A stretch of 64,000 nt of DNA from Verrucomicrobiota bacterium (GCA_021772615.1 JAJFLQ010000116.1:97744-161743); one strand, 5' to 3'. Positions 38,374-47,514 are shown, numbered from the stretch's first letter. Program-made: numbers and translations. Notes: generated by a model from the letters alone, not told the origin.

Positions 38374-39027
38374 ATGATGAACGCGATAATTGAATTCTTT
38401 CAGGTGATTGTGACACCAGGCATGTTGCCGTACACGGTCATGCTGGGGCTGGTGATACTCTACTGGATCACGGTGATAATCGGTGCGATGGATATAGACA
38501 TTATTGATGGCCCTGATTTCGACGTGGACGGTGATATGGACGCTGATGCCGATGCGCCTGATGCCGGTGCGTTCCGTTACATTGTAGGCTTTGTCAATGC
38601 CGACAAAGTCCCGCTCACGATTATACTGAGTTTCCTGATCATCAAGATGTGGATAATCGCATGTTTGTACTACATGTACCTGGCGCCGAACATATCGGTG
38701 CCATTGCCTCCCGTCGTTGTGGGGATTATTTTGTTTGCAGTGGCGTTTTTCACTGCAACATTTCTAACCGGTTACACCACCCGCCCCCTGGCCGACGTGT
38801 TCGAGCACAAGCCGACGCGCGGCCGGCAGCATCTGGTCGGCCGCGAATGCCGTGTAAAAACAACATCGGTGACACACGACTTCGGCCAGGCAGAAGTAAA
38901 GATCGATCAATCGTTTGTCCTCATTTCAGCGCGCTGCAGTGAGGCGACTGAGTTTGAAAAAGGCGATCAAGCTGTAGTCGTGGGCTACGATCAGGAAAAA
39001 GACGTTTACGAAATCCGGAAATTATGA
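38374..39027 (+). CDS. NfeD-like membrane protein (YuaF/YqiJ family) with a C-terminal OB-fold domain
   Basis: The N-terminus has several TM helices and an acidic D-rich loop. The C-terminus GRECRVKTTSVTHDFGQAEVKIDQSFVLISARC...GDQAVVVGYD matches the NfeD beta-barrel. It lies immediately upstream of flotillin, the classic nfeD-floT pairing. Confidence 0.7.
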   Translation: MMNAIIEFFQVIVTPGMLPYTVMLGLVILYWITVIIGAMDIDIIDGPDFDVDGDMDADADAPDAGAFRYIVGFVNADKVPLTIILSFLIIKMWIIACLYYMYLAPNISVPLPPVVVGIILFAVAFFTATFLTGYTTRPLADVFEHKPTRGRQHLVGRECRVKTTSVTHDFGQAEVKIDQSFVLISARCSEATEFEKGDQAVVVGYDQEKDVYEIRKL

Positions 39028-39055
39028 AGCATTTCAAAGAATAGGAGGGGTCGAA

Positions 39056-41161
39056 ATGGGCAGTTTTATTGTTGGTTCTGCGTTTCTCTTAGCCATTGCA
39101 CTGGTCGTCGGGACAGGAATCCTGTTCCTGGCAAAGAAGATGTACCGTAAAGTTGATCAAGGCGAAGCCTTGATCATCAACAAGAGTGACCGAAAGGTTC
39201 CTGTATCATTCAGTGGTGGCTTGGTCTTTCCGATTTTCCACAAGGCAGAGGTCATGGACATCGCCGTAAAGGCAATGGAGGTCGAACGCAGCGGCAAGAA
39301 CGGGCTGATCTGCGAAGACAACATTCGCGCCGACATCAACGTAACATTCTATGTCCGCGTCAATAAGACCGAAGACGATGTCCTCAAAGTAGCTCAGGCC
39401 GTAGGCTGCGAGCGCGCATCGACTCTGGACACACTGAAAGAGCTGTTTCAGGCCAAGTTCTCGGAAGCGCTCAAGACGGTCGGAAAACAGATGGAGTTCA
39501 TGACGTTGTTCACGGAACGCGAGCAATTCAAGGAACGCATCATACGTGTGATCGGGGAAGACCTCAACGGTTACAAGCTGGAAGACGTCGCCATTGATTA
39601 TCTCGAACAGACACCGCTCGAAAGCCTCGATCCGGACAATATCCTTGACGCACAGGGGATTCGCAAGATCACTGACCTCACGGCAAGGGAGGCGATCTCT
39701 ACCAACGAATTCAGGCGGAACAAGGAGAAGGTAATCACGCAGCAAGACGTCGAGGCCCAGGAGAAAATCCTCGAACTCGAAAAGCAGCAGGCCGATGCGG
39801 AGGCCCGGCAGCGCCGCGAAATTCAAACGATTCAGGCACGCGAACAGGCAGAGATCGATAAGGTAGGTTCCGAAGAAAAGCTAAAGGCCGAACATGCACG
39901 CATTCGCACGGCAGAAGAGATCGCTGTTGCCGAGGAGAATAAACAGCGTCAGGTCGAGATCGCTCTAAAGGCGAAAGAGCGAACAATCGCCGTCGAGACG
40001 GAACGCGTCCAACGCGATCAACAGCTTGAGGCAGTGGAGCGCGAACGTCTCGTTGCCATCAAGGACATCGAGAAGGAAAAGGCGGTCGAGATCGAGAAGA
40101 AGAAGATTCAGGATGTCATTCGGGAACGCGTGATGGTCGAAAAGACCGTAGCGGAAGAACAGGAAAAGATCAAAGACACCGTCGAACTGGCAGGCGCCAA
40201 ACGCGAACAGCAGGTGCAGCTCATTGCGGCGCAGCGCGAGGCCGAAGAAAAACTTGTGACCGAGACCAAGGCTGCGGAGGCGAAGGAACAGGCAGCCAAG
40301 AGTCTGTACGAAGAGGCCGTAACCATGGCCGAGGCCGAACGCGTAAGTGCGGAAAAATACGCACATGCGAAGAAGGTGATGGCCGAGGGCGTGATCGCCG
40401 AGCGTTCCGCTGCCGGCCTCGCCGATGTCAAGGTGCGCGAAGCAGACGCCAACGCGATCGAACTCCACGGAAGAGCGGAAGCCAACGCAATGATAGAGAG
40501 GCACAAGGCCGAAGCGTTTGGTACTGAATCCATTGGCGACGCCAAAGCGAAAGCGGCAACCGCATCGTATACGGCAGAAGCCACAGGCACAGAGATCACC
40601 GGCACCGCCGAGGCCAAGTCCATGGCGGCGAAGTACAAGGCCGAGGCCGACGGTATCGACCAGAAAGCGGCCGCAATGAAGAAGTTCGATGGTGTCGGGC
40701 GGGAGCATGAAGAATTCAAACTCAACCTGGCCAAGGTCGAGCGCGTCGAAATTGCGGCGATAGACGTAAACCGTCAGGTCGCAGAGGCGCAGGCAATGGT
40801 CCTTGGCGAGGCCATGAAGACCGCAAACATCGACATTGTCGGCGGCGACGGCGAATTTCTGAATACGTTCTTCAAGTCGATTAGTCTGGCAAAGTCAATC
40901 GACGGCTTCGTCGACAAGAGCGACCTAACACGCGCCCTGACCAACGGCGACCATTCGAAGATCGGGGAAAAAATCAAGGCACTGATCGGCCGCGAAGGCC
41001 TGTCTCCCGAAGATATCAAGAATTTGACGGTGTCAGCACTGCTCGCGCGACTGGCGTTGAAAGGGAAGGATGACGGCATAAAGGCCGAAGCCGCCGGACT
41101 GCAGGGTGTCGTTAAAAACCTCGGTCTGGACGACGTCCTCGCCCTGTGGCTCGCGAAATAA
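39056..41161 (+). CDS. Flotillin (SPFH/band-7 family, FloT/YuaG-like) with an extended EA-rich coiled-coil
   Basis: An N-terminal TM anchor precedes an SPFH domain (VPVSFSGGLVFPIFHKAEVMDIAVKAMEVE...). A long E/A/K/R-rich flotillin coiled-coil region follows. The length is 701 aa. Confidence 0.85.
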   Translation: MGSFIVGSAFLLAIALVVGTGILFLAKKMYRKVDQGEALIINKSDRKVPVSFSGGLVFPIFHKAEVMDIAVKAMEVERSGKNGLICEDNIRADINVTFYVRVNKTEDDVLKVAQAVGCERASTLDTLKELFQAKFSEALKTVGKQMEFMTLFTEREQFKERIIRVIGEDLNGYKLEDVAIDYLEQTPLESLDPDNILDAQGIRKITDLTAREAISTNEFRRNKEKVITQQDVEAQEKILELEKQQADAEARQRREIQTIQAREQAEIDKVGSEEKLKAEHARIRTAEEIAVAEENKQRQVEIALKAKERTIAVETERVQRDQQLEAVERERLVAIKDIEKEKAVEIEKKKIQDVIRERVMVEKTVAEEQEKIKDTVELAGAKREQQVQLIAAQREAEEKLVTETKAAEAKEQAAKSLYEEAVTMAEAERVSAEKYAHAKKVMAEGVIAERSAAGLADVKVREADANAIELHGRAEANAMIERHKAEAFGTESIGDAKAKAATASYTAEATGTEITGTAEAKSMAAKYKAEADGIDQKAAAMKKFDGVGREHEEFKLNLAKVERVEIAAIDVNRQVAEAQAMVLGEAMKTANIDIVGGDGEFLNTFFKSISLAKSIDGFVDKSDLTRALTNGDHSKIGEKIKALIGREGLSPEDIKNLTVSALLARLALKGKDDGIKAEAAGLQGVVKNLGLDDVLALWLAK

Positions 41162-41314
41162 GTCAACTGCGTCGCCGCAGGCACGATGATATGGCTACGT
41201 TTAACATGGGACCGAGAACATGGTATATTAAGCAAACGATCCGGGCCAGAGGTTCCGCCGTTGAAATTGCCCCCACCGGGACTGATTGCTGCCCCCCAAA
41301 GGCTGCACGGTGGT

Positions 41315-41362
41315 GACGCCCTTCGTTGGCGTTCACAGCTTCAGATGTGGGTTTTCAGCGCC
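41315..41362 (-). repeat. Hairpin repeat family, B-type copy in inverted orientation
   Basis: gacgcccttcgttggcgttcacagcttcagatgtgggttttcagcgcc; its reverse complement gives ...gaaaacccacatctgaagctgtgaacgccaacgaaggg. Confidence 0.75.
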
Positions 41363-41427
41363 GTACCAGAGCGTACCGAACACATCCAAAGCTGTGAACG
41401 CCACACGTAAAAACACATCGGCGGTCT

Positions 41428-41451
41428 GTTGGAGTTCGCGCTTCAGCGTGC
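41428..41451 (-). repeat. Hairpin repeat family copy with a GCGC-TGAA-GCGC stem (compensatory variant), in inverted orientation
   Basis: The reverse complement of gttggagttcgcgcttcagcgtgc is gcacgctgaagcgcgaactccaac. It has the conserved TGAA loop and GAACTCCAAC tail with a different stem. Confidence 0.6.
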
Positions 41452-41493
41452 TTGCGCCTCCCCGTACGAATCGCTACGCGTGTTGTGACGTTG

Positions 41494-41530
41494 CGTGAAA
41501 CCCACACGAAAGTGTGAACAGCTCCAAGGA
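41494..41530 (+). repeat. Hairpin repeat family, B-type copy (CACAC-GAAA-GTGTG)
   Basis: gcgtgaaacccacacgaaagtgtgaacagctccaagg. Confidence 0.75.
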
Positions 41531-41692
41531 AGGCATAAGATATCGTCGATTCGGTCGCCGGCACCTGGATTTAGAAACCCTGAAAATAGTTGAACGGTAC
41601 AACGTACCGACGCAAGTTGTCGCGGCTAAACGTTACACCAGCATTGTCGCAAGCTCGCACTCCAATCACAAGCGTATCTGTACCTCCTTATC

Positions 41693-44600
41693 ATGTCCGA
41701 AGAATCATCACCAACCAATCCCGATGCACCACAAGCCGCTGCCACCGAAGACCAGAGTGGAGAGACGCTGGAAGGCGGCGCCTACGAAGTACTGCGAAAA
41801 CGCCTGAGTACGCTCAATCGTAGCCTCCTGAAGAAACTCGAACAACTCAACGTCCGGCGCAAAGACGTGTTCGGCGGCCAGGAGCTGGCGATCCTGGGCA
41901 ACGCCCGCATCAAGACCGAGAACAACTGCGTCCCCAGGGATATCATCGGCGTCGGCAGCCATCTGATCTTCGGCTACAACGTGTTTATCGGCCTCAAGTC
42001 CGAAACCGCGGTCAGCGACGTGTTCAGCGTGCATCGCTTCGACGGCGTCGATCTCCACCTTCCCGACGCGGACGTGCTCGGCGATCCGAATTTTCTGCGC
42101 GACTTCAGCGAACTGTACAAGTACTATAAGAACGCACGGTTCCTGCAATTCATCAAGTCTCCCGGGCGCCTGCTGATGATCTTTCAGGTCGGCGAAACCG
42201 TCGGCGACCGCAAGATGTTTCGATTCAAGCTCCATCGCGACCACACGCTGGAATATGTCGACGACCGCGGCGATCTCGAATACACGCCGCCGCCGCAACA
42301 TGATTTCGAATGGGAATCGCCGTCGCGTGACGATCACGTGGCGGGCATGTATCCGCACATATCCATCCGGGATATTGTTTTTGTCGAATGCGTCGGCGGC
42401 GATCTCACGATAAAGGTAGAGAACAACACCGAGAGCGGCGACGGCATTTATGAGGAAGCGGTCGAGAATCCGGATCAGACCCTTGACGACGCTTATATTC
42501 GCTACGCACTGGTGGATGGCCTGGTGCTGCTAAAAATCCGGCCCTACCGTGAGAACGTCACGCGCTACCTCGTCTTTAATCCAAAGGACCAGACGGTCAC
42601 CCGTATCGATTCCATTGGCGAGGCCTGTATCAAACTGCCGGAAGGACACGGGCTTATTTTTCCCAAAGGCTACTTCCTGCATGGCGGCGGTGCACGACAA
42701 TTCGACGAAGATGTGGCGGGTATGCTGTACCATGATTGCGTCCGCTCCCCTAATGGCGAGGACTTCCTCTATATTTTTTATCATCGCGAGCACGGCCGTC
42801 ACATCCTGATTCGCTACAATCTCATCTCCAAGGAAATCTCGAATCCCATAATCTGCCATGGTTATTCGCACTACGATGACGGCAAGATGATGATGTTCAC
42901 GGCGGAGAACGACGACCCGCGCCGGGTGCATCCGATGCAGATCTGGCAAACACCGTTCTACGCCGACTCGTTCGAGATCGAACACAAAACAGACTCATTC
43001 CTCACCAAGATCGGCAATCGTGATCTTGTGCGCGGCATCTCCGAAGGCTACGCCATCAGTCGCCTGGCGGGAAGTGAACGGGTAACGCTGGTGATCTACC
43101 AGGACCTGATCCAATCCTGTACCAATATGATCGACGGCTACCATTGGCTTGATCACGACGAGGTGTTCAACCTGCAGTCGCTGGTAAAGGAGATGAAAAC
43201 TGCGGCATCGGCAGCGATCGACGAGTACGAGAAAGTTGTCCGCATCCGCGAGAATACTGCGACACGCATCACCGAAAGTGTGGCATCGGTCAAGCGCTGC
43301 CGGCTGGACTACGCCACGGACCGATTGCTCACTATCGACAACTTCGTTACCGCTCTGAGCGAGGTGCGGACGCTGCGCGGTCATGTGATCTCACTACGCG
43401 AGTTGCGCTATGCCGACCTTGCCCTGATCAATGATCTCGACAAACAGCTTGAGGTGATGAACCAGGACATCTCCGTGGCCTGCGTCGATTTTCTGATGCG
43501 CGATGATGCGCTCGCGCCGTACGAAGTACGTAACCGCGAGATCGAGGCGGGTATCGACAGTATCCACAAGATCGCCGATCTCAAACCACAGGCAGAATCT
43601 CTCGAGACGCTCGCGGCACAACTCGACCTGCTCACCGATGTCATTAACAATCTGAACATCGACGACGCCACCAAGACCACCGAAATCGTCGATAAGATCA
43701 CGGACATTTATGCCGGCGTCAATCGGACGCGCGCCCTGGTTCGCAATGCGCGCACGGAGCTGGGAAAGTCCGAAGCCAAGGCCGAATTTGCAGCGCAATA
43801 CAAGCTGCTGAGCCAGAGTATCAGCAACTACATCGGCATGTGCGACACCACGACAAAATGCGATGAATTCCTCACCAAGGTCATGATTCACATCGAGGAG
43901 CTGGAAGGAAGATTCGCCGATTTCGAAGACTACGTAATGCAGCTGCACGAGAAACGGGAAGAAGCCTATACAGCGTTCTCGAGTCGCAAACAGATCCTTG
44001 ATGACGAGAAGAAGCGCCGGATCGGGTCATTGGCATCATCTGCCAACCGAATCCTGAAAGGCGCGGTCAACCGTGCGGAGACATTCAAGAGCGTCGACGA
44101 GGTCAACGCCTACTTCGCCTCGGACCTCATGGTATCGAAACTACGAGGTATTGTCGAGACATTGCACGACATGGGGGATTCGGTAAAAGCGGATGACCTT
44201 AGCGGCCAGATAAAGACCGCCAAAGATGAAATCGTCCGCCGGTTGCGGGACAAGTTGGAGTTGTTTGATGAAGGCGACAATGTCATTAAACTTGGCGATT
44301 ACCGCTTTACGGTAAACACGCAGCCACTCGAACTCACGACGGTGATGCGGGACGGCGACATGGCATTTCACCTTAACGGAACCGATTTCTACGAGGCGAT
44401 AAACGATCCTGAGTTTCTGGAGACGCGGAACCTGTGGACGCAGGAATTGGTAAGCGAAAATCAAGAGGTATTCCGCGGCGAATTTCTGGCCTACCAGATT
44501 CTAATGGCCGCCGAGAACAACGATAAGAACCTTACTAACGAATCATTGAAGACTCTGGCAGTCAACGACGCGAAGTTGCTCGAATGCGTGCAACATTTTT

Positions 44601-46948
44601 GCGCGGACCGATACGATGAGGGCTACGAAAAAGGCGTTCACGATCACGATGCTGCCCGCATCCTGAAGGCCCTGGTCACGTTGCTACACGAGGCGCAGCT
44701 GCTACGGTACGACTCTGTGTCGCGCGCACATGCGATCCTGTTCTGGTGCTATTCGCCGGACGGACCGGCCAAGGAACGGCTGCGCAGCAAACTGCGCAGC
44801 ATCGGCGCCCTGCCGGCGGTATTCGGCTACACCGATACGTACCCACCCTATGTCGAAGAGATACGTGAGGCCATGGCCGCATTTTTCACCGATCTCGGAC
44901 GCATTCCAGACGCAACGATCCTGACCAATGCATCCGAGTATCTGTACCACGAGCTTCAGGATGCAAGCGATCTTGAGATCACCATCAGTCAGGAGACAAA
45001 GACCCTACGTGAGCGGTTCACAACATATCTCAAGGATAAGACGGTGTACCGCAAATTCACGGACGACATCCGGGCAATGGCGTCCGACCTGAAAAATACA
45101 CTTAGCCTCGTACATGACTGGGTCGCCGCCTACGTGCGCACGTGCGAAAACGATGACGCCGCGTTCCTGATTGACGAGGTCGTTACACTGATTGTTGCCG
45201 GCGACCGTTTCGTGGTCGATACTACGTCGGTCGTGACGTCTGCAACCGTCACGGACCTGCTGGGACGGCACCCGCGTATCGAGGGCAGTTCTATGCCGAT
45301 GCATCTCGACCGTTTCCTGCTCCGCCTCAAGACATATTGCGAGGTGCAGGTACCGCTCTACCGACGGTTTATCCATATGCGGACGGCGTTTATCGAGAAT
45401 CGGCGGGAGTCCATGCGACTGTCCGAATTCCAGCCCCGTGTCATGGGATCCTTTGTACGCAACAAGCTGATCAATGACGTCTACCTGAACCTGGTGGGCG
45501 CGAACTTCGCCAAACAGATGGGCGCTGCCGGCGAAAACAAGCGCACCGATCTCATGGGCCTGTTGTTGTTGATCTCGCCGCCCGGCTATGGCAAGACGAC
45601 CCTCATGGAATACATGGCCAACCGCCTCGGGCTCACGTTCATGAAGATTAACGGGCCCGCGATCGGTCACAAAGTCACGTCGCTCGATCCCGCCGAGGCG
45701 CCCAATGCCACAGCACGCGTCGAGCTGGACAAGCTGAACCTGTCCCTGGAGATGGGCAATAACGTCATGATCTATCTCGACGATATCCAGCACGTGAACC
45801 CCGAATTTCTGCAGAAGTTCATCTCGCTTTGTGACGCCCAACGGAAGATCGAAGGCGTGTATCGCGGGGTCACTCGCACATATGATCTGCGCGGAAAAAA
45901 GGTAGCCGTAGTGATGGCAGGAAATCCTTACACCGAGAGCGGCGATACGTTTCAGATCCCGGACATGCTCAGCAACCGCGCCGACACGTACAACCTCGGC
46001 GATATCTCAACGAGTGCCGCGGATGTATTTGCCATGAGTTTCATAGAAAATGCGATGACCTCAAATCCGGTACTTAACAAGATCAGCAGCCATGGGCATG
46101 ATGACGTCTACCGGTTTCTTGATGCGGTCGACCGGGGTTCCGCCGACGGCATTACATTCGACTACGGATACTCAGTTGCCGAAGTTGACGAGATACTCAA
46201 TGTGCTCCGAAAGCTGTGTAAGGTGCGTGACGTCGTGCTCGAAGTAAACCGGCAGTACATTTACTCGGCGGCGCAGCAGGACGACTACCGCACCGAGCCA
46301 CCTTTCAAACTCCAGGGTTCCTATCGCAACATGAACCGTATGGCAGAGAAGGTTTTCCCGGTCATGACCGATGCGGAAGTCGAGCAAATCATCACCGATC
46401 ATTACTACAACGAGGCCCAGACACTCACAGCCGGTGCAGAAAGCAATATCCTCAAATTCCGTGAGATCACCGGCAAGCTCGCTGACAACGACCTGGCGCG
46501 TTGGAATGAAATCAAGGGCGAATTCAACCGGCGTCAGGCGTTATCCGGCATCGACGACAGCGACGATCTGGGAAAGATTCTGGCGCAGCTTTCCGGATTC
46601 ACCGCAAGTGTCGGAAAGGTTCGCGACGTCCTCGACAAGGGGCTTAATACGGGGCTTAAAAACGTGCTCGAAGCCGTCGCTATGCGGTCGGCGGCTGCGG
46701 CAACGGATCGTCCGGATATCACGCCGCTCATCGACGCGGTGAAGGCGCTTGCGCCAACACCGGAAAGCACGGCAGCTACATCACCAAACGACAACGCAAC
46801 AGCCATAGCCGCTCGACAAACGGAAATACTTGAATCCATCGCCGGGATCCTCGAAGAACTCAAGGACAACAGCGAAACCAACGTACGCCTTCGCGACCTT
46901 ATCGAGCAACTAATGAAAGGCAGCCTTGTCGTCGACCTAAAAGACTGA
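41693..46948 (+). CDS. Giant (1751 aa) uncharacterised protein with a C-terminal MoxR/AAA_5-like AAA+ ATPase module
   Basis: It is a single uninterrupted ORF. Near residue 1270 there is a Walker A LLLISPPGYGKTTLMEY, then a Walker B VMIYLDDIQH, then a MoxR-like sensor KVAVVMAGNPYTE...IPDMLSNRADTYNL. The preceding roughly 1250 aa are largely helical and match no domain I can name. Confidence 0.85.
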   Translation: MSEESSPTNPDAPQAAATEDQSGETLEGGAYEVLRKRLSTLNRSLLKKLEQLNVRRKDVFGGQELAILGNARIKTENNCVPRDIIGVGSHLIFGYNVFIGLKSETAVSDVFSVHRFDGVDLHLPDADVLGDPNFLRDFSELYKYYKNARFLQFIKSPGRLLMIFQVGETVGDRKMFRFKLHRDHTLEYVDDRGDLEYTPPPQHDFEWESPSRDDHVAGMYPHISIRDIVFVECVGGDLTIKVENNTESGDGIYEEAVENPDQTLDDAYIRYALVDGLVLLKIRPYRENVTRYLVFNPKDQTVTRIDSIGEACIKLPEGHGLIFPKGYFLHGGGARQFDEDVAGMLYHDCVRSPNGEDFLYIFYHREHGRHILIRYNLISKEISNPIICHGYSHYDDGKMMMFTAENDDPRRVHPMQIWQTPFYADSFEIEHKTDSFLTKIGNRDLVRGISEGYAISRLAGSERVTLVIYQDLIQSCTNMIDGYHWLDHDEVFNLQSLVKEMKTAASAAIDEYEKVVRIRENTATRITESVASVKRCRLDYATDRLLTIDNFVTALSEVRTLRGHVISLRELRYADLALINDLDKQLEVMNQDISVACVDFLMRDDALAPYEVRNREIEAGIDSIHKIADLKPQAESLETLAAQLDLLTDVINNLNIDDATKTTEIVDKITDIYAGVNRTRALVRNARTELGKSEAKAEFAAQYKLLSQSISNYIGMCDTTTKCDEFLTKVMIHIEELEGRFADFEDYVMQLHEKREEAYTAFSSRKQILDDEKKRRIGSLASSANRILKGAVNRAETFKSVDEVNAYFASDLMVSKLRGIVETLHDMGDSVKADDLSGQIKTAKDEIVRRLRDKLELFDEGDNVIKLGDYRFTVNTQPLELTTVMRDGDMAFHLNGTDFYEAINDPEFLETRNLWTQELVSENQEVFRGEFLAYQILMAAENNDKNLTNESLKTLAVNDAKLLECVQHFCADRYDEGYEKGVHDHDAARILKALVTLLHEAQLLRYDSVSRAHAILFWCYSPDGPAKERLRSKLRSIGALPAVFGYTDTYPPYVEEIREAMAAFFTDLGRIPDATILTNASEYLYHELQDASDLEITISQETKTLRERFTTYLKDKTVYRKFTDDIRAMASDLKNTLSLVHDWVAAYVRTCENDDAAFLIDEVVTLIVAGDRFVVDTTSVVTSATVTDLLGRHPRIEGSSMPMHLDRFLLRLKTYCEVQVPLYRRFIHMRTAFIENRRESMRLSEFQPRVMGSFVRNKLINDVYLNLVGANFAKQMGAAGENKRTDLMGLLLLISPPGYGKTTLMEYMANRLGLTFMKINGPAIGHKVTSLDPAEAPNATARVELDKLNLSLEMGNNVMIYLDDIQHVNPEFLQKFISLCDAQRKIEGVYRGVTRTYDLRGKKVAVVMAGNPYTESGDTFQIPDMLSNRADTYNLGDISTSAADVFAMSFIENAMTSNPVLNKISSHGHDDVYRFLDAVDRGSADGITFDYGYSVAEVDEILNVLRKLCKVRDVVLEVNRQYIYSAAQQDDYRTEPPFKLQGSYRNMNRMAEKVFPVMTDAEVEQIITDHYYNEAQTLTAGAESNILKFREITGKLADNDLARWNEIKGEFNRRQALSGIDDSDDLGKILAQLSGFTASVGKVRDVLDKGLNTGLKNVLEAVAMRSAAAATDRPDITPLIDAVKALAPTPESTAATSPNDNATAIAARQTEILESIAGILEELKDNSETNVRLRDLIEQLMKGSLVVDLKD

Positions 46949-46954
46949 ATAGCC

Positions 46955-47191
46955 ATGACGCATTCCGACGCGCGCGACCTCGGCACTCAACCGATCGCCG
47001 AGATCCTGCTTGCCCACAACATCGGCGCCCGTGATCTCGTAAAGGCTTCTACCGAACAGATCACGCACAAGATGGTATCCCGCGCCTGCAAAGGCAAGAG
47101 ATTAACGCCTCGCGTGCAATCAAAGATTGTGCGCGCGATCAATACCGTTGCAGGAAAAACTTACAGCCCAACCGATCTGTTTACCTATTAA
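46955..47191 (+). CDS. Small XRE-like helix-turn-helix protein (78 aa)
   Basis: The start lies 7 bp after the giant gene's stop. IAEILLAHNIGARDLVKASTEQITHKMVSRACKGKRLTPRVQSKIVRAINTVAGKTYSPTDLF fits the XRE/Cro HTH layout, including the terminal sptDLF. Confidence 0.5.
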   Translation: MTHSDARDLGTQPIAEILLAHNIGARDLVKASTEQITHKMVSRACKGKRLTPRVQSKIVRAINTVAGKTYSPTDLFTY

Positions 47192-47349
47192 CGTTGACAA
47201 ACACCGACTTCACGCCTATTGACATGCCGCCTATTCGTGATCCTGTCTGCCGGTATTTTTGCGTACACGCTTCTGCGTAATTATAAGGCAATGTCTTGCT
47301 AAAAAGGGTCTTAATCCAACGACATTGAATATGGAATGCCCTTGTCTTG

Positions 47350-47395
47350 ACCAGAGCTCGGTTTATGTTGCGCGCAACATAAACCGAGCTCTGGT
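47350..47395 (+). promoter_or_regulatory. Perfect 46-bp palindrome ACCAGAGCTCGGTTTATGTTGCG|CGCAACATAAACCGAGCTCTGGT
   Basis: Read directly from the sequence; both 23-nt arms are exact reverse complements. No T-tract follows on either strand. It lies between the XRE-like gene and the next plus-strand genes. Confidence 0.6.
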
Positions 47396-47514
47396 TGACT
47401 TTCCTCGGCAACCTCGCTGGTACGAAGTCCGACGACAAATGGTCTGCTGAAGTCGAGGCTGAACGTTACCCACCATAACGAACTCGCTGATCGGCGAATT
47501 CATCTCGCGTACTC

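Noticed and set aside
39965-40734. Minus-strand ORFs 39965-40708 and 40108-40734 inside the flotillin gene
   Set aside because: They are antisense shadows of the low-complexity E/A/K-rich flotillin coiled-coil, and their translations are Leu/Phe/Ala repeats.
6124-41530. Possibility that the hairpin repeats are a CRISPR array
   Set aside because: The copies are tens of kilobases apart, in both orientations, and individually flanked by genes. There is no regular repeat-spacer periodicity, and no cas genes are present.
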